Positions 10,320 through 20,305 of a DNA stretch of 64,000 bases are shown here, piece by piece. Location of the stretch: assembly GCA_965217895.1 (NCBI GenBank), contig CBDCJV010000002.1:4768001-4832000 (forward strand). Reading direction: 5' to 3'. The notes beneath the pieces were generated by a model. That model was not told the origin of the DNA. It worked only from the letters and a program-made list of their open reading frames with translations, and ran no database searches. A program made the translations under genes and the position numbers. Each line of letters opens with the position of its first letter. Position 1 is the stretch's first letter. The stretch comes from Waterburya sp. GTDB lineage: Bacteria > Cyanobacteriota > Cyanobacteriia > Cyanobacteriales > Xenococcaceae.

Positions 10320-11945
10320 TTAATAATCAAAGTCACCAGCACCACCGCCAGCAGCACCTTTATTTTTTTCTGGCTTATCGACGACTATACATTCAGTAGT
10401 TAATACCATTCCTGCAATAGAAGCAGCGTTTTGCAGAGCAGAGCGAGTTACTTTAGCAGGGTCAACAATACCAGCTTCAAACATATTGACATATTCGTTT
10501 GTAGCAGCATTGAAACCAATATTCAAGTCTTTTTCTTTGACTCTCTCAGCAACTACCGCGCCATTTTGACCAGCGTTTTCGGCAATTCTTCTCAAGGGAG
10601 CAGTTAAAGCGCGAGCCACAATGGTTGCACCAGTTAAACCTTCATCTTTGAGATTAGCTTTTGCCCATTCTTCTAAGCCAGGAGCTAGGTGAGCTAAGGT
10701 AGTACCGCCACCAGGTACAATACCTTCTTCTACCGCAGCTTTGGTTGCGTTGATAGCATCTTCTAAACGCAATTTGCGGTCTTTCATTTCTGTTTCGGTA
10801 GCAGCACCAACTTTAATTACTGCAACACCACCAGAAAGTTTAGCTAGACGCTCCTGTAGCTTTTCTTGGTCGTAAGAGGAGTCACTAGCTTCTATTTGAC
10901 GGCGAATTTGCTCACAGCGACTTTTAACTGCTGCTTCGTTGCCTTCTGCCACAATAGTAGTACTATCTTTAGTAATGTTGATGCGACGGGCAGTACCTAA
11001 AGATTCAACTTTAGTAGTTTCTAGTTTTAGACCTGCATCTTCTGAGATTACTTGACCGCCAGTTAACACAGCGATGTCTTCTAACATCTGCTTACGGCGA
11101 TCGCCAAAACCAGGAGCTTTGATCGCAGCAACGTTTAATACACCCCGTAGACGGTTAACTACCAAAGTAGCCAATGCTTCTTTTTCGATATCTTCGGCGA
11201 TAATTACCAAGGGTTTGCCCTGACGAGCTACCTGTTCTAGCACAGGTACTAGATCCTGGACTAAGTTAATCTTGCGATCGGTAATCAGAATTAAAGGCTC
11301 TTCTAGAGCAGCTTCCATGCGCTCGGTATCAGTTACAAAGTAAGGAGAGATATAGCCTTTGTCAAAGCGCATCCCTTCAGTAATTTCTAATTCGGTAGTC
11401 ATGGACTTACCTTCTTCTAGAGAGATTACCCCTTCCTTGCCGACTTTATCCATTGCCATCGCGATCATGTTACCAACTTCTTCGTCGTTACCCGCAGAAA
11501 TTGTACCTACCTGAGCGATCGCTTTAGAATCGCCTACAGGTTGAGCTTGCTCTTTGATCTTACCGACTAAATATTCAATCGCCTTGTCGATACCACGCTT
11601 GATAGCAATGGGGTTTGCTCCTGCTGCAACGTTACGTAAACCTTCTTTGACAATGGCATGAGCCAAAACTGTTGCTGTAGTAGTTCCGTCACCTGCCACA
11701 TCATTAGTTTTGGATGCAGCTTGACGAATTAAGGATACGCCTGTATTCTCGATGTGATCTTCTAATTCGATTTCTTTGGCGATCGTTACCCCATCATTGA
11801 CAATTTGGGGTGCGCCAAATTTTTTCTCTAGGACGACGTTACGTCCTTTAGGGCCGAGGGTAACGGCTACCGCTTCAGCCAATAGGTCAATGCCCTTTTC
11901 TAGAGCGCGACGAGCTTCGTCGTTATAAATTATAGATTTAGCCAT
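10320..11945 (-). CDS. groEL: Chaperonin GroEL (operonic copy)
   Basis: [20 protein letters not shown]; downstream of groES. Confidence 0.98.
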   Translation of the reverse strand: MAKSIIYNDEARRALEKGIDLLAEAVAVTLGPKGRNVVLEKKFGAPQIVNDGVTIAKEIELEDHIENTGVSLIRQAASKTNDVAGDGTTTATVLAHAIVKEGLRNVAAGANPIAIKRGIDKAIEYLVGKIKEQAQPVGDSKAIAQVGTISAGNDEEVGNMIAMAMDKVGKEGVISLEEGKSMTTELEITEGMRFDKGYISPYFVTDTERMEAALEEPLILITDRKINLVQDLVPVLEQVARQGKPLVIIAEDIEKEALATLVVNRLRGVLNVAAIKAPGFGDRRKQMLEDIAVLTGGQVISEDAGLKLETTKVESLGTARRINITKDSTTIVAEGNEAAVKSRCEQIRRQIEASDSSYDQEKLQERLAKLSGGVAVIKVGAATETEMKDRKLRLEDAINATKAAVEEGIVPGGGTTLAHLAPGLEEWAKANLKDEGLTGATIVARALTAPLRRIAENAGQNGAVVAERVKEKDLNIGFNAATNEYVNMFEAGIVDPAKVTRSALQNAASIAGMVLTTECIVVDKPEKNKGAAGGGAGDFDY

Positions 11946-12007
11946 AAAACTGGTTTGCCTTTAATGAATTGATGAACGAGGAATAAATTATTTAACTGGC
12001 TGATGGT

Positions 12008-12319
12008 CTAAGCAACTGCTGCTAAGATATCTTTTTCTGATAGCAACACATATTCTTCACCGCCTAGCTTGATGTCAGTACCAGCATATTTAGAGTAAAG
12101 AACTTTATCGCCAACTTTTACTTCTAAAGGTACGTGACCACCTTCGTCTTTTGGTTTGCCAGGACCGACGCCAACTACCTCGCCAACTTGAGGTTTTTCT
12201 TTGGCTGCATCGGGTAAAATAATACCGCCAGCAGTTTGTTCTTCGGCTGCACTGACTTTGATAAATACGCGATCGCCTAAGGGTTTTACAGTTGTAACGT
12301 TAATACTAATAGCTGCCAT
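12008..12319 (-). CDS. groES: Co-chaperonin GroES
   Basis: [24 protein letters not shown]. Confidence 0.98.
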   Translation of the reverse strand: MAAISINVTTVKPLGDRVFIKVSAAEEQTAGGIILPDAAKEKPQVGEVVGVGPGKPKDEGGHVPLEVKVGDKVLYSKYAGTDIKLGGEEYVLLSEKDILAAVA

Positions 12320-12393
12320 GCAAAATTCTCCAGATAACTAAAATGCTTAGTTGTGAGTAATATTTTTTGGTTTAGAGATTGCTGTTTATTAAA

Positions 12394-12420
12394 TTAGCAC
12401 TCTCACCTTCCGACTGCTAA
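12394..12420 (-). promoter_or_regulatory. CIRCE element (HrcA operator)
   Basis: TTAGCACTC-N9-GACTGCTAA, one mismatch to consensus, upstream of groES. Confidence 0.9.
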
Positions 12421-12459
12421 TTTAGCGAATGTACGTTACCTCTGGCAACGGTTTGGTTA

Positions 12460-12475
12460 GTGTGGGTTACCGTAC
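12460..12475 (-). promoter_or_regulatory. K-box-like element of cyanobacterial groESL
   Basis: Minus strand GTACGG-TAAC-CCACAC versus K-box GTTCGG-NNAN-CCNNAC, upstream of CIRCE. Confidence 0.7.
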
Positions 12476-12525
12476 AAAATTCTGGAAATAGGAATTATTA
12501 AAACTATTAATAAGATTCATTACAC

Positions 12526-12561
12526 AAAAAATCGCCCTTAAAATAATTATCATAAGGGCGA
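12526..12561 (-). terminator. Intrinsic terminator downstream of apcF
   Basis: tcgccctta/taagggcga stem with a T-run on the minus strand. Confidence 0.6.
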
Positions 12562-12649
12562 CTAAATTTTTAATTGCTTTGCTCGCGATCGCTCTTTTAA
12601 GTAAGAGCGATCGCCAAAAAAAGCTAATTTTTAGCTAATAGCTAATAAA

Positions 12650-13159
12650 TTAAACAGAAACTTCGCTGAGTTGACTATTCATATATTCAAACGGCTCGTC
12701 AATAAAGCTAGTATTCTCAATTCCTGCTTCTGATGCCATTTCTTTGAGCATATCACTCATAATTTTGATTCCGACTACAGTAGGTCCAATAGGCACACCC
12801 AAAGAATTATAGGTTTCTCGTAAACCCTGCAATACTCTTTCGTCTAGGACATCCATACTGCCAGCTACTAAAGCATAGCTAGCATAGCGTAGATAATAGT
12901 CCATATCCCGCAAGCAAGCCGAATAGCGACGAGTCGTGTAGGCATTACCTCCTGGACTAAGCAATTCAGGAACTTCTTCAAACAGTTTAAGTCCTGCACC
13001 TCGTACAATTGTGGCAGCATTACCACTAATCATTGTCGCTACTGCTACCCTAGCTTTTCCAGAAGTAAAGTAGTCTTGCAGACTATCTATAGCATTACGG
13101 TCTAAATAACGACCTGAAATGTCGTAATTTTTTATTAGGTTGGTAACTGCGTCACGCAT
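12650..13159 (-). CDS. apcF: Allophycocyanin beta-18 subunit
   Basis: MRDAVTNLIKNYD...GGNAYTTRRYSACLRD; 169 aa. Confidence 0.95.
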   Translation of the reverse strand: MRDAVTNLIKNYDISGRYLDRNAIDSLQDYFTSGKARVAVATMISGNAATIVRGAGLKLFEEVPELLSPGGNAYTTRRYSACLRDMDYYLRYASYALVAGSMDVLDERVLQGLRETYNSLGVPIGPTVVGIKIMSDMLKEMASEAGIENTSFIDEPFEYMNSQLSEVSV

Positions 13160-13260
13160 TTTTCTTGATTTCTCCCAACAGCAATTTTTAAATTTTGGCT
13201 AGTAATATTAGCTTCTTTTATAAGCTATGTCATAAGCTACATTTACCAATAATCTCACAA

Positions 13261-13274
13261 GTAGCGACGACTAC
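13261..13274 (-). promoter_or_regulatory. NtcA box upstream of apcF
   Basis: GTA-gcgacgac-TAC; TAGCTT -10-like hexamer 21 nt downstream on the minus strand. Confidence 0.6.
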
Positions 13275-13366
13275 AGTTACTAGCTTCAAATTTTGACATC
13301 TTTCTAATTATATCCCTTATGAATTAATGAATAAGTTATCAAACTAAAAAAGCTGCTGTTCAAAGA

Positions 13367-13569
13367 GCGATTCAGCGCGGTCTTGCGAGAAAGGACTTGT
13401 CCGCATCTGAGTCCGTTGCGGTGAAGCAGTTGCGTTGGGCGGGTTTCCCGACTTGAGTAAACTGCTTCACCCGAAGGGAGATTCCCTCCCTTGAAGGAAC
13501 TGTCGAGGGCGGGGTTTCCCCCATGAGCGACTGAATCAACAAAGGCTTAAGCCGCATGTAGCGATTGCT
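13367..13569. repeat. Nested cluster of small structured dispersed repeats
   Basis: Two 21-nt elements (13388-13408, 13539-13559), a 46-nt family copy on the minus strand and a split gggggaaacccc element. Confidence 0.85.
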
Positions 13570-13622
13570 TATAAAGCCAAACATAAAATTTTTTAAAAAA
13601 ATAAAGACGTAACGTAAATTCT

Positions 13623-13665
13623 GTAGCCAATTTGACAATTTGTTAGATCTTTATCAGGATACGAT
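13623..13665 (+). promoter_or_regulatory. Imperfect NtcA box plus -10 element of glnN
   Basis: GTA-N8-GAC, then TACGAT 23 nt downstream. Confidence 0.5.
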
Positions 13666-13712
13666 CAAATAAATTAAAACACATACACATATCTTTAGAA
13701 AATAAAACTGTC

Positions 13713-15887
13713 ATGGGATACGAATCTCGCACTCAAGCAATCTACCAAATTACCGAACGCGAACCAATTCTTGCTGAACCCCCTAGCCGTTTAGAAGATA
13801 TTTGGGCAGCAGACGTTTTTAGCTTAAGTAAAATGAAACAGTGCTTACCTAAAAATGTCTTAAAATCTCTAAAAAAAACGATTCAAGCAGGGGAACAATT
13901 AGACGTTTCCATTTCTGACATGGTGGCATCGGCAATGAAAGACTGGGCTATTTCCAAAGGTGCTTCTTACTATGCCCACGTTTTTTATCCGATGACTAAT
14001 GCCACCGCCGAAAAGCATGATGGATTTATATCTGTTCAAAGTGATGGCAGCGCGATTTCCGAATTTGCAGGCAAGCTATTAGTACAAGGTGAACCCGATG
14101 GTTCGTCCTTTCCTAATGGTGGTATTCGCTCTACTTTTGAAGCCAGAGGCTATACAGCTTGGGACGTAACTAGTCCTGCTTATCTAATGGAAACAGATAA
14201 CGGTGTGACTCTTTGCATTCCCACTGTATTTATCTCTTGGACAGGAGAAGCCCTAGATAAGAAAACTCCTTTATTGCGTTCTATTGGCGCAATGAATAAA
14301 GCAGCAAACAAGGTACTTAAATTACTAGGTCACACAGATATTGCTCCTGTTAATTCTAGCTGTGGCGCAGAGCAAGAATATTTCTTAGTAGATGCTCATT
14401 TTGCCAATAGCCGTCCAGACTTACTATTAGCTGGAAGAACCTTATTTGGCAAGCCCCCTGCTAAGGGTCAGCAGTTTGACGATCATTATTTTGGCGCAAT
14501 TCCTGAGCGAGTTCAGGTATTTATGCAGGATGTAGAAAAGAAAATGTATCGCTTAGGTATTCCTGCTAAAACCAGACATAATGAAGTAGCTCCTGGACAG
14601 TTTGAAATCGCACCCTTTTTTGAAGCAGCTAACGTCGCTTCTGACCATCAACAGTTAACTATGACACTGTTGCGTCAGACTGCCAAAAAGCATGGTTTTG
14701 TCTGTTTGCTACATGAAAAACCCTTTGCAGGCATTAATGGTTCTGGTAAGCACGTCAACTGGTCTGTAGGCAACGAAACTCAGGGCAATCTACTAGATCC
14801 TGGTGACTCTCCCCATGAAAATGCTCAGTTTCTTGTTTTCTGCGCTGCGGTAATTCGCGGGGTACATAAATTTGGTCCTTTGATGCGGGCCGTAATTGCC
14901 AATGCCAGTAACGATCATCGTTTAGGCGCAAATGAAGCACCTCCCGCAATCATGTCGGTTTATCTGGGTTCTCAATTAGAGACTTTGTTTAACCAAATTG
15001 CCACAGGAGAAATAAGTGACAACTATAGCCACAAAGGAGAAATGCGAATTGGAGTAGATACTTTACCACCTCTGTCTAAAGATGCTGGCGATCGCAATAG
15101 AACTTCTCCCTTTGCCTTTACTGGCAACCGTTTTGAGTTTCGTGCAGTTGGCTCGGGTCAGTCTGTTTCAGGGCCATTAATTGCTCTTAATACTATGCTG
15201 GCAGATTCGCTTAACTTTATAGGGAATCTTCTAGAAAGTGAATTAGAAAAAGGAACAGATCAAAACGCTGCTATTTTGACTGTCCTCAAAGACATAATGC
15301 AAAAACACGGTGCAGTTATTTTTGGTGGCGACGGCTACTCTGCCGAGTGGCACAAAATGGCAGTAGAAGAGAGAGGTTTGCTTAATTTACCTACTACTGC
15401 TGATGCCCTCCCTTACTTGAAAGAAAAATATATTGAAGAGCTATTTGAAAGCACAGGAGTTTTATCCCCTGTAGAATTAGAAAGTCGCTACGAAGTATAT
15501 TCTGAGCAGTATGTTCTCTCTATCGAAGTTGAAGCCAAGCTAGTGATAGACATGGCAAAAACCAGTATTTATCCTGCTGCCATGAGACATTTAGCTGACA
15601 TTGCTGGTACTGTGGCGGGTTTAGAAGAGATGGGCATCAGTCTCGCTCCAGACAACATTAAAAAAGTCGCGGAGTTGACTAACTCTATGATGTCTAAAGT
15701 GGCTAAGTTAAGTTCGGCTTTAGAAAAAGAAGACTTTGGCAACACTGAAGAACACATGAAATATTGTGCTGAGACTATTCGTCCGATGATGGATAGCGTC
15801 AGAGAGGACGTTGATGCCTTGGAAAGCGAGGTTGCTGATGACTTATGGCCTCTACCTACTTACCAAGAAATGCTATTTATTAAGTAG
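13713..15887 (+). CDS. glnN: Glutamine synthetase type III
   Basis: 724 aa; [52 protein letters not shown]. Confidence 0.97.
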   Translation: MGYESRTQAIYQITEREPILAEPPSRLEDIWAADVFSLSKMKQCLPKNVLKSLKKTIQAGEQLDVSISDMVASAMKDWAISKGASYYAHVFYPMTNATAEKHDGFISVQSDGSAISEFAGKLLVQGEPDGSSFPNGGIRSTFEARGYTAWDVTSPAYLMETDNGVTLCIPTVFISWTGEALDKKTPLLRSIGAMNKAANKVLKLLGHTDIAPVNSSCGAEQEYFLVDAHFANSRPDLLLAGRTLFGKPPAKGQQFDDHYFGAIPERVQVFMQDVEKKMYRLGIPAKTRHNEVAPGQFEIAPFFEAANVASDHQQLTMTLLRQTAKKHGFVCLLHEKPFAGINGSGKHVNWSVGNETQGNLLDPGDSPHENAQFLVFCAAVIRGVHKFGPLMRAVIANASNDHRLGANEAPPAIMSVYLGSQLETLFNQIATGEISDNYSHKGEMRIGVDTLPPLSKDAGDRNRTSPFAFTGNRFEFRAVGSGQSVSGPLIALNTMLADSLNFIGNLLESELEKGTDQNAAILTVLKDIMQKHGAVIFGGDGYSAEWHKMAVEERGLLNLPTTADALPYLKEKYIEELFESTGVLSPVELESRYEVYSEQYVLSIEVEAKLVIDMAKTSIYPAAMRHLADIAGTVAGLEEMGISLAPDNIKKVAELTNSMMSKVAKLSSALEKEDFGNTEEHMKYCAETIRPMMDSVREDVDALESEVADDLWPLPTYQEMLFIK

Positions 15888-15916
15888 GCTTTTTGTACAA
15901 ACAATTGTTCATTACC

Positions 15917-16147
15917 TAGGGCGTGTCATCAATTGAGGGGAAGAATGCTTTTGCAGCGTATTTTAGCGAGATACAAGAAGAAAAATGTTCTGCATAGCAG
16001 GGCTACGGAGGTTATTTTTCGACGCAGTAGGTCGTTAAAAGGCGAGCGACCCCGCGTCGCCGACAGGCGCAAGACAAAGGCTTTAGCCGCATGTACGCGC
16101 GAGCTAGACCAAAAAAAGCTCTTTTTTTTAATTGATGACACGTCCTA
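15917..16147. mobile_element. MITE with 18-bp terminal inverted repeats carrying nested small repeats
   Basis: tagggcgtgtcatcaatt ... aattgatgacacgtccta (1 mismatch); no transposase. Confidence 0.8.
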
Positions 16148-16198
16148 AACTAAGAGGTAAAATATCAACCTTTGTAAATCTGGTCTAAGTTACTTGAC

Positions 16199-16225
16199 AA
16201 ACCGTTCTCTAGGGAACGGTTTTTT
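16199..16225 (+). terminator. Intrinsic terminator downstream of glnN and the MITE
   Basis: aaccgttc/gaacggtt stem plus T-run. Confidence 0.75.
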
Positions 16226-16403
16226 GTTTAATATATTCTTAAAGTCTGACTTTGACCAATGATTGCAGCAGCAAAGAGACCCACTAAAGAGGGAAACAGC
16301 AACAATAGAAAGAATTTGCTTAAAGTAAGTATTTTAATTCAGTTATAAAATTTAAGATTAAGCAAAAGCTTAAGATTATATATTCAACAAGAATAATAAA
16401 ACT

Positions 16404-16417
16404 GTATTAACGAATAC
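16404..16417 (+). promoter_or_regulatory. NtcA box upstream of amt1
   Basis: GTA-ttaacgaa-TAC, perfect consensus ~90 nt before the ATG. Confidence 0.8.
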
Positions 16418-16509
16418 GGCAATAGAGAGAAAAAAATCACAAACTAGACAAATTATAGTTTGCAAATTTAGACAAACTAAATATATTTTCTAAATTAATT
16501 GAAGTGTAG

Positions 16510-18009
16510 ATGAATTCTAAATTCTTAGAAACAAGTAGATCTCTTGGACATGAAAATGGCCAGAGTGTAGGAACACAGGTTAAAAACCTAGTTCCAAGAC
16601 CTTTGAGAACAATATTTAAATCTTTTTCCCCTGCGTGGTTTATCTGTATTCCCCTAGCAGCGATTATTGTTATCGTTTGGAATACGGCAGCAACGGCTCA
16701 GGGATTAGAACCCCCTACAAATCTGGCGCAATTAACAATTGTCGTAGACACTATCTTTATTCTAGCAAGTGCTATTCTAGTAATCTTTATGAATGCTGGA
16801 TTTGCTCTGTTAGAAACAGGATTCTGTCGCCAAAAGAATGCGGTTAATATCTTGGCAAAAAACTTAATCGTTTTTGCGATCGCCAGTTTAGCGTATTGGG
16901 CAGTAGGTTATGCTCTTATGTACGGTAATGGTAATCCTTTTATCGGTTTAAGTGGCTTCTTTTTTAATGGCGATTCTGTTCCTTATGGTAACGAGCCTTA
17001 TCCCGCGGCGGTTCCCGAAACAGTTTCTTTCTTGTTCCAGGTAGCTTTCGCAGCCACCGCAGCAACCATTGTTTCTGGTGCGGTAGCAGAGAGAATAAAG
17101 TTTGTTGCTTTTCTCATCTTTAGTACTTTATTAGTAGCTATTTCCTATGCTATTACTGGACACTGGGTTTGGGATGGTGGCTGGTTAAATAGTGGCGCAG
17201 ATGGCGCACTTGCATTTCATGACTTTGCAGGTTCAACCATGGTTCACTCCGTGGGTGGCTGGGCAGCTTTAGTCGGTGCAGCTATTTTAGGCCCTAGATT
17301 GGGTAAATACCAAAATGGTAGAATAGGGGCAATACCTGGACACAACATGGGTTTTGCAACTCTGGGTTGTTTAATTCTTTGGATTGGCTGGTTTGGTTTT
17401 AACCCTGGTTCAGAATTGGCAGCAGATGGTAATGTTGCCTATATTGCTGTGACTACAAACTTAGCAGCAGCAGCAGGTGGTGTAACGGCTACCGTTACTT
17501 CCTGGCTCAAAGATGGAAAACCAGATTTATCGATGATCATCAACGGTATTTTGGCTGGTTTGGTCAGTATTACTGCTGGTTGTGATGATGTCAGCCTTTT
17601 ATCGGCTGTAATCATTGGTGCAATCGCTGGTATTATCGTCGTTTTCTCTGTTGCTTTCTTTGACAGTATCAAGATTGATGATCCTGTAGGTGCAACTTCT
17701 GTTCACCTAGTCTGTGGTATCTGGGGAACTCTAGCAGTCGGTATTTTTGGTACAGCGAATATTGTCACGCAAATTATCGGTATTGCATCTATTGGTGCCT
17801 TTACTATAGTCTTTAGTGCTATTGTTTGGACTTTACTCAAGGTAACTATTGGTATTCGCGTTCACGAAGACGAAGAAAGACGTGGTTTGGATATCAGTGA
17901 ACACGGAATGGAAGCATATAGTGGCTTTGTCAAAGAAGCAGACGTTTTATCTGGTGGTGGTTCAGGAATGCCTGTAGATATCAACCCAGCTAAAAGCTCG
18001 GAATTTTAA
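16510..18009 (+). CDS. amt1: Ammonium transporter Amt1
   Basis: [40 protein letters not shown]. Confidence 0.95.
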   Translation: MNSKFLETSRSLGHENGQSVGTQVKNLVPRPLRTIFKSFSPAWFICIPLAAIIVIVWNTAATAQGLEPPTNLAQLTIVVDTIFILASAILVIFMNAGFALLETGFCRQKNAVNILAKNLIVFAIASLAYWAVGYALMYGNGNPFIGLSGFFFNGDSVPYGNEPYPAAVPETVSFLFQVAFAATAATIVSGAVAERIKFVAFLIFSTLLVAISYAITGHWVWDGGWLNSGADGALAFHDFAGSTMVHSVGGWAALVGAAILGPRLGKYQNGRIGAIPGHNMGFATLGCLILWIGWFGFNPGSELAADGNVAYIAVTTNLAAAAGGVTATVTSWLKDGKPDLSMIINGILAGLVSITAGCDDVSLLSAVIIGAIAGIIVVFSVAFFDSIKIDDPVGATSVHLVCGIWGTLAVGIFGTANIVTQIIGIASIGAFTIVFSAIVWTLLKVTIGIRVHEDEERRGLDISEHGMEAYSGFVKEADVLSGGGSGMPVDINPAKSSEF

Positions 18010-18050
18010 GCTTTGTTGTTAAAAGCTTAAGGTAATTAAAATATAATTTT

Positions 18051-18095
18051 GCCATTGCGATCGCACTTATTGTGTTTTGCAATGGTATTTTTTTT
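18051..18095 (+). terminator. Intrinsic terminator after amt1
   Basis: ccattgc/gcaatgg stem plus long T-run. Confidence 0.65.
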
Positions 18096-18114
18096 CTGTA
18101 CGTTTTAGTATCTT

Positions 18115-18779
18115 ATGTTGAAATTTTATTACACAAAGTTTTCTTTATATTCTCGTTCAGTATGGATTACGTTGCTGGAGAAACAACTTCTCTTTGAGCC
18201 AATTGAATTATCATTGGATGGAGATCAATGGCAACCTGAGTTTTTGGCAATTAATCCTTTTGGTCGCGTTCCTACACTAGTAGATAATAACTTCTCAATC
18301 TTTGAATCTCTGGCTATTTTAGATTATCTTGAACTTCAGTATACAAGTCCTGCTTTTTTACCAACAGATATTCAGATACTAACTATTGTCCGAATGACAG
18401 AAATGCTCACCATACAAGAGCTAATACCTGCCATGCTGACTATCATTCGTGAACTGATAACGAAAGTGCAGTTAAGCAAGCTAATCAACAAATAATCGCC
18501 ATGCTTAGTTTTTTAGAAAAGCATTTGACTAATAATTTTTATATAGCTGGCGATCGCCTTACTTTTGCTGAAATTGTTGCAGGTTCGTTTATCTTATGGC
18601 TACCTTATTTAAATATTACTTTATCTAATTATCCCCAGGTAAAACTATAGTCAAACAAACTGATGCAACGCCCAGCTTGGCAAGCAACTCAACCAAATCC
18701 TGAAGTTATTCCAAATTGGTTAAAACGTATTCAAAAACTACCCAGAGTTAGAGAAAGACAGCGGAAGCAAAAAACATAA
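18115..18779 (+). pseudogene. Glutathione S-transferase pseudogene
   Basis: GST N-domain (NPFGRVPTL, FESLAI); frameshift near 18450; C-domain (AGDRLTFAEI...RPAW) in another frame with an internal TAG at 18648. Confidence 0.85.
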
Positions 18780-18956
18780 ATCAACTAGTAAATTCTCAGT
18801 CTTAACATTAATAACCTGGTTTAGAGTTACAGGAAATACAAATAAGAATGGTACAAATAAACATTCTCCAAGTCCCTAAGTCAATCATCCGTAGCAAACA
18901 TTTTTAAATTTCATATTACCTGTGTTCTTTGTCCAGTTGTAAACTAACAGCTTTTT

Positions 18957-20117
18957 TCAAAACATTGGTGGCACTGTTAGACCTTGGAGCGATCGCTCGT
19001 CCCTTAAATTTTTACCCTGAATCAAAACTCCAAATCCACCCAAACCTGTAGGCTCGATTAATTGATGTAGAGCATCACGGCGTTTAAATATTTGCGTAAC
19101 GTCATATTTACCGCTAGCCAGTTCATTTAGGCGATCGCCCAAACCTAAAGCCATCAGAAATAATCCCTGTTGCGTAAAGCCCAAAGTTTCTAAATTGCAT
19201 AACTCTCCCTGACGTTGTAGGGCGGTAAAATCTACATGAGCCGTAATGTCTTGATGACCTAAATTAGCGTAAGGATTGTTGTGACGACGATGTTGATAAT
19301 AACATTGAAGAGTTCCTTGGCTACGGGCAGGGCGATAATATTTATCTGCGGTATAGCCATAATCCATAGTCAAGACATAGCCTCTTTTTAGTTTAGCTGC
19401 TACCGTCTCTAGCCAGTCAAGAGCCTGGAGATTAACCTCTGTGCAATAATCTTGGGGATATTGTGATTCTAATAAATCAATATCTACTAAATCTAGATAT
19501 TCAGCTAATTTGGCTGTAGAGAGAGAATCAATAGTTTCGGTTAGTCGATTTTTCTCTAAGCTTAGATATATTTCTTGTAACCGATTTTGGTCTTTGGTTA
19601 TTCGATGTACGGGAAAAGCATCTACTAATTCATTGGCGAAAAAGCACCCCGTAATACTCTGGCTGCTGATATCTGACCAATTTTGCCAACTAAGTTGAGT
19701 AAAGCTATTTTCAGCCAACCGTTTTTGCTGTACTTTAGTTAAGGCAGTGGATTCTTCGACAATAATATATCTTAAAGTTTTAGTAAAATCTGCTTCACCT
19801 GCTTGCAGATAAAGCAGAATATCTTGAGCAAGTTCGCCATTACCTGCGCCCATTTCCACGAGATAAAAAGGATCGGGACAGCCTAAATTTGCCCACATCT
19901 GCTTAAGTTGAATTGCCAATAACTCGCCAAAATCTTTGCCTAGAGAAGAGGATGTAAAGAAATCTCCTTTGGCACCGATGGTTACTGTTTCCGAATTATA
20001 GTAACCATACTGCTGATGATATAAAGCCAATGCCATATATTCAGCAAAAGTGATTTGCTGTTTTGGGGAACTTTTAATTTTGGCAATAAGAATCTCGCGT
20101 AATTCTTGAGAGATCAT
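18957..20117 (-). CDS. SAM-dependent methyltransferase, MidA/NDUFAF7 family
   Basis: GDFFTS, EMGAGNG, NELVDAFP, DYGY, DITAHVDF. Confidence 0.92.
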   Translation of the reverse strand: MISQELREILIAKIKSSPKQQITFAEYMALALYHQQYGYYNSETVTIGAKGDFFTSSSLGKDFGELLAIQLKQMWANLGCPDPFYLVEMGAGNGELAQDILLYLQAGEADFTKTLRYIIVEESTALTKVQQKRLAENSFTQLSWQNWSDISSQSITGCFFANELVDAFPVHRITKDQNRLQEIYLSLEKNRLTETIDSLSTAKLAEYLDLVDIDLLESQYPQDYCTEVNLQALDWLETVAAKLKRGYVLTMDYGYTADKYYRPARSQGTLQCYYQHRRHNNPYANLGHQDITAHVDFTALQRQGELCNLETLGFTQQGLFLMALGLGDRLNELASGKYDVTQIFKRRDALHQLIEPTGLGGFGVLIQGKNLRDERSLQGLTVPPMF

Positions 20118-20305
20118 TAGCAATCGATAATTATTAATCAGACTATTATCAAGGTGTCACATCTGTACTCGGATCTGCCTTTGATTGATGTAAGCTGTGG
20201 AGGAATTTATATCATTATCTGACAAAATTGCCCTTTGAGTAACATATACTCGCATTTTGAATAAATAGGATATGGTGTAAATTAATTTTAAACAATCAAA
20301 AGTGA

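Noticed and set aside
13372..13638. ORF-track ORFs over repeat islands (13372-13638, 15929-16148, 22091-22330, 40987-41217, 9005-9301, 40154-40366)
   Set aside because: They are open frames through GC-rich repeats or MITEs, with no protein motifs
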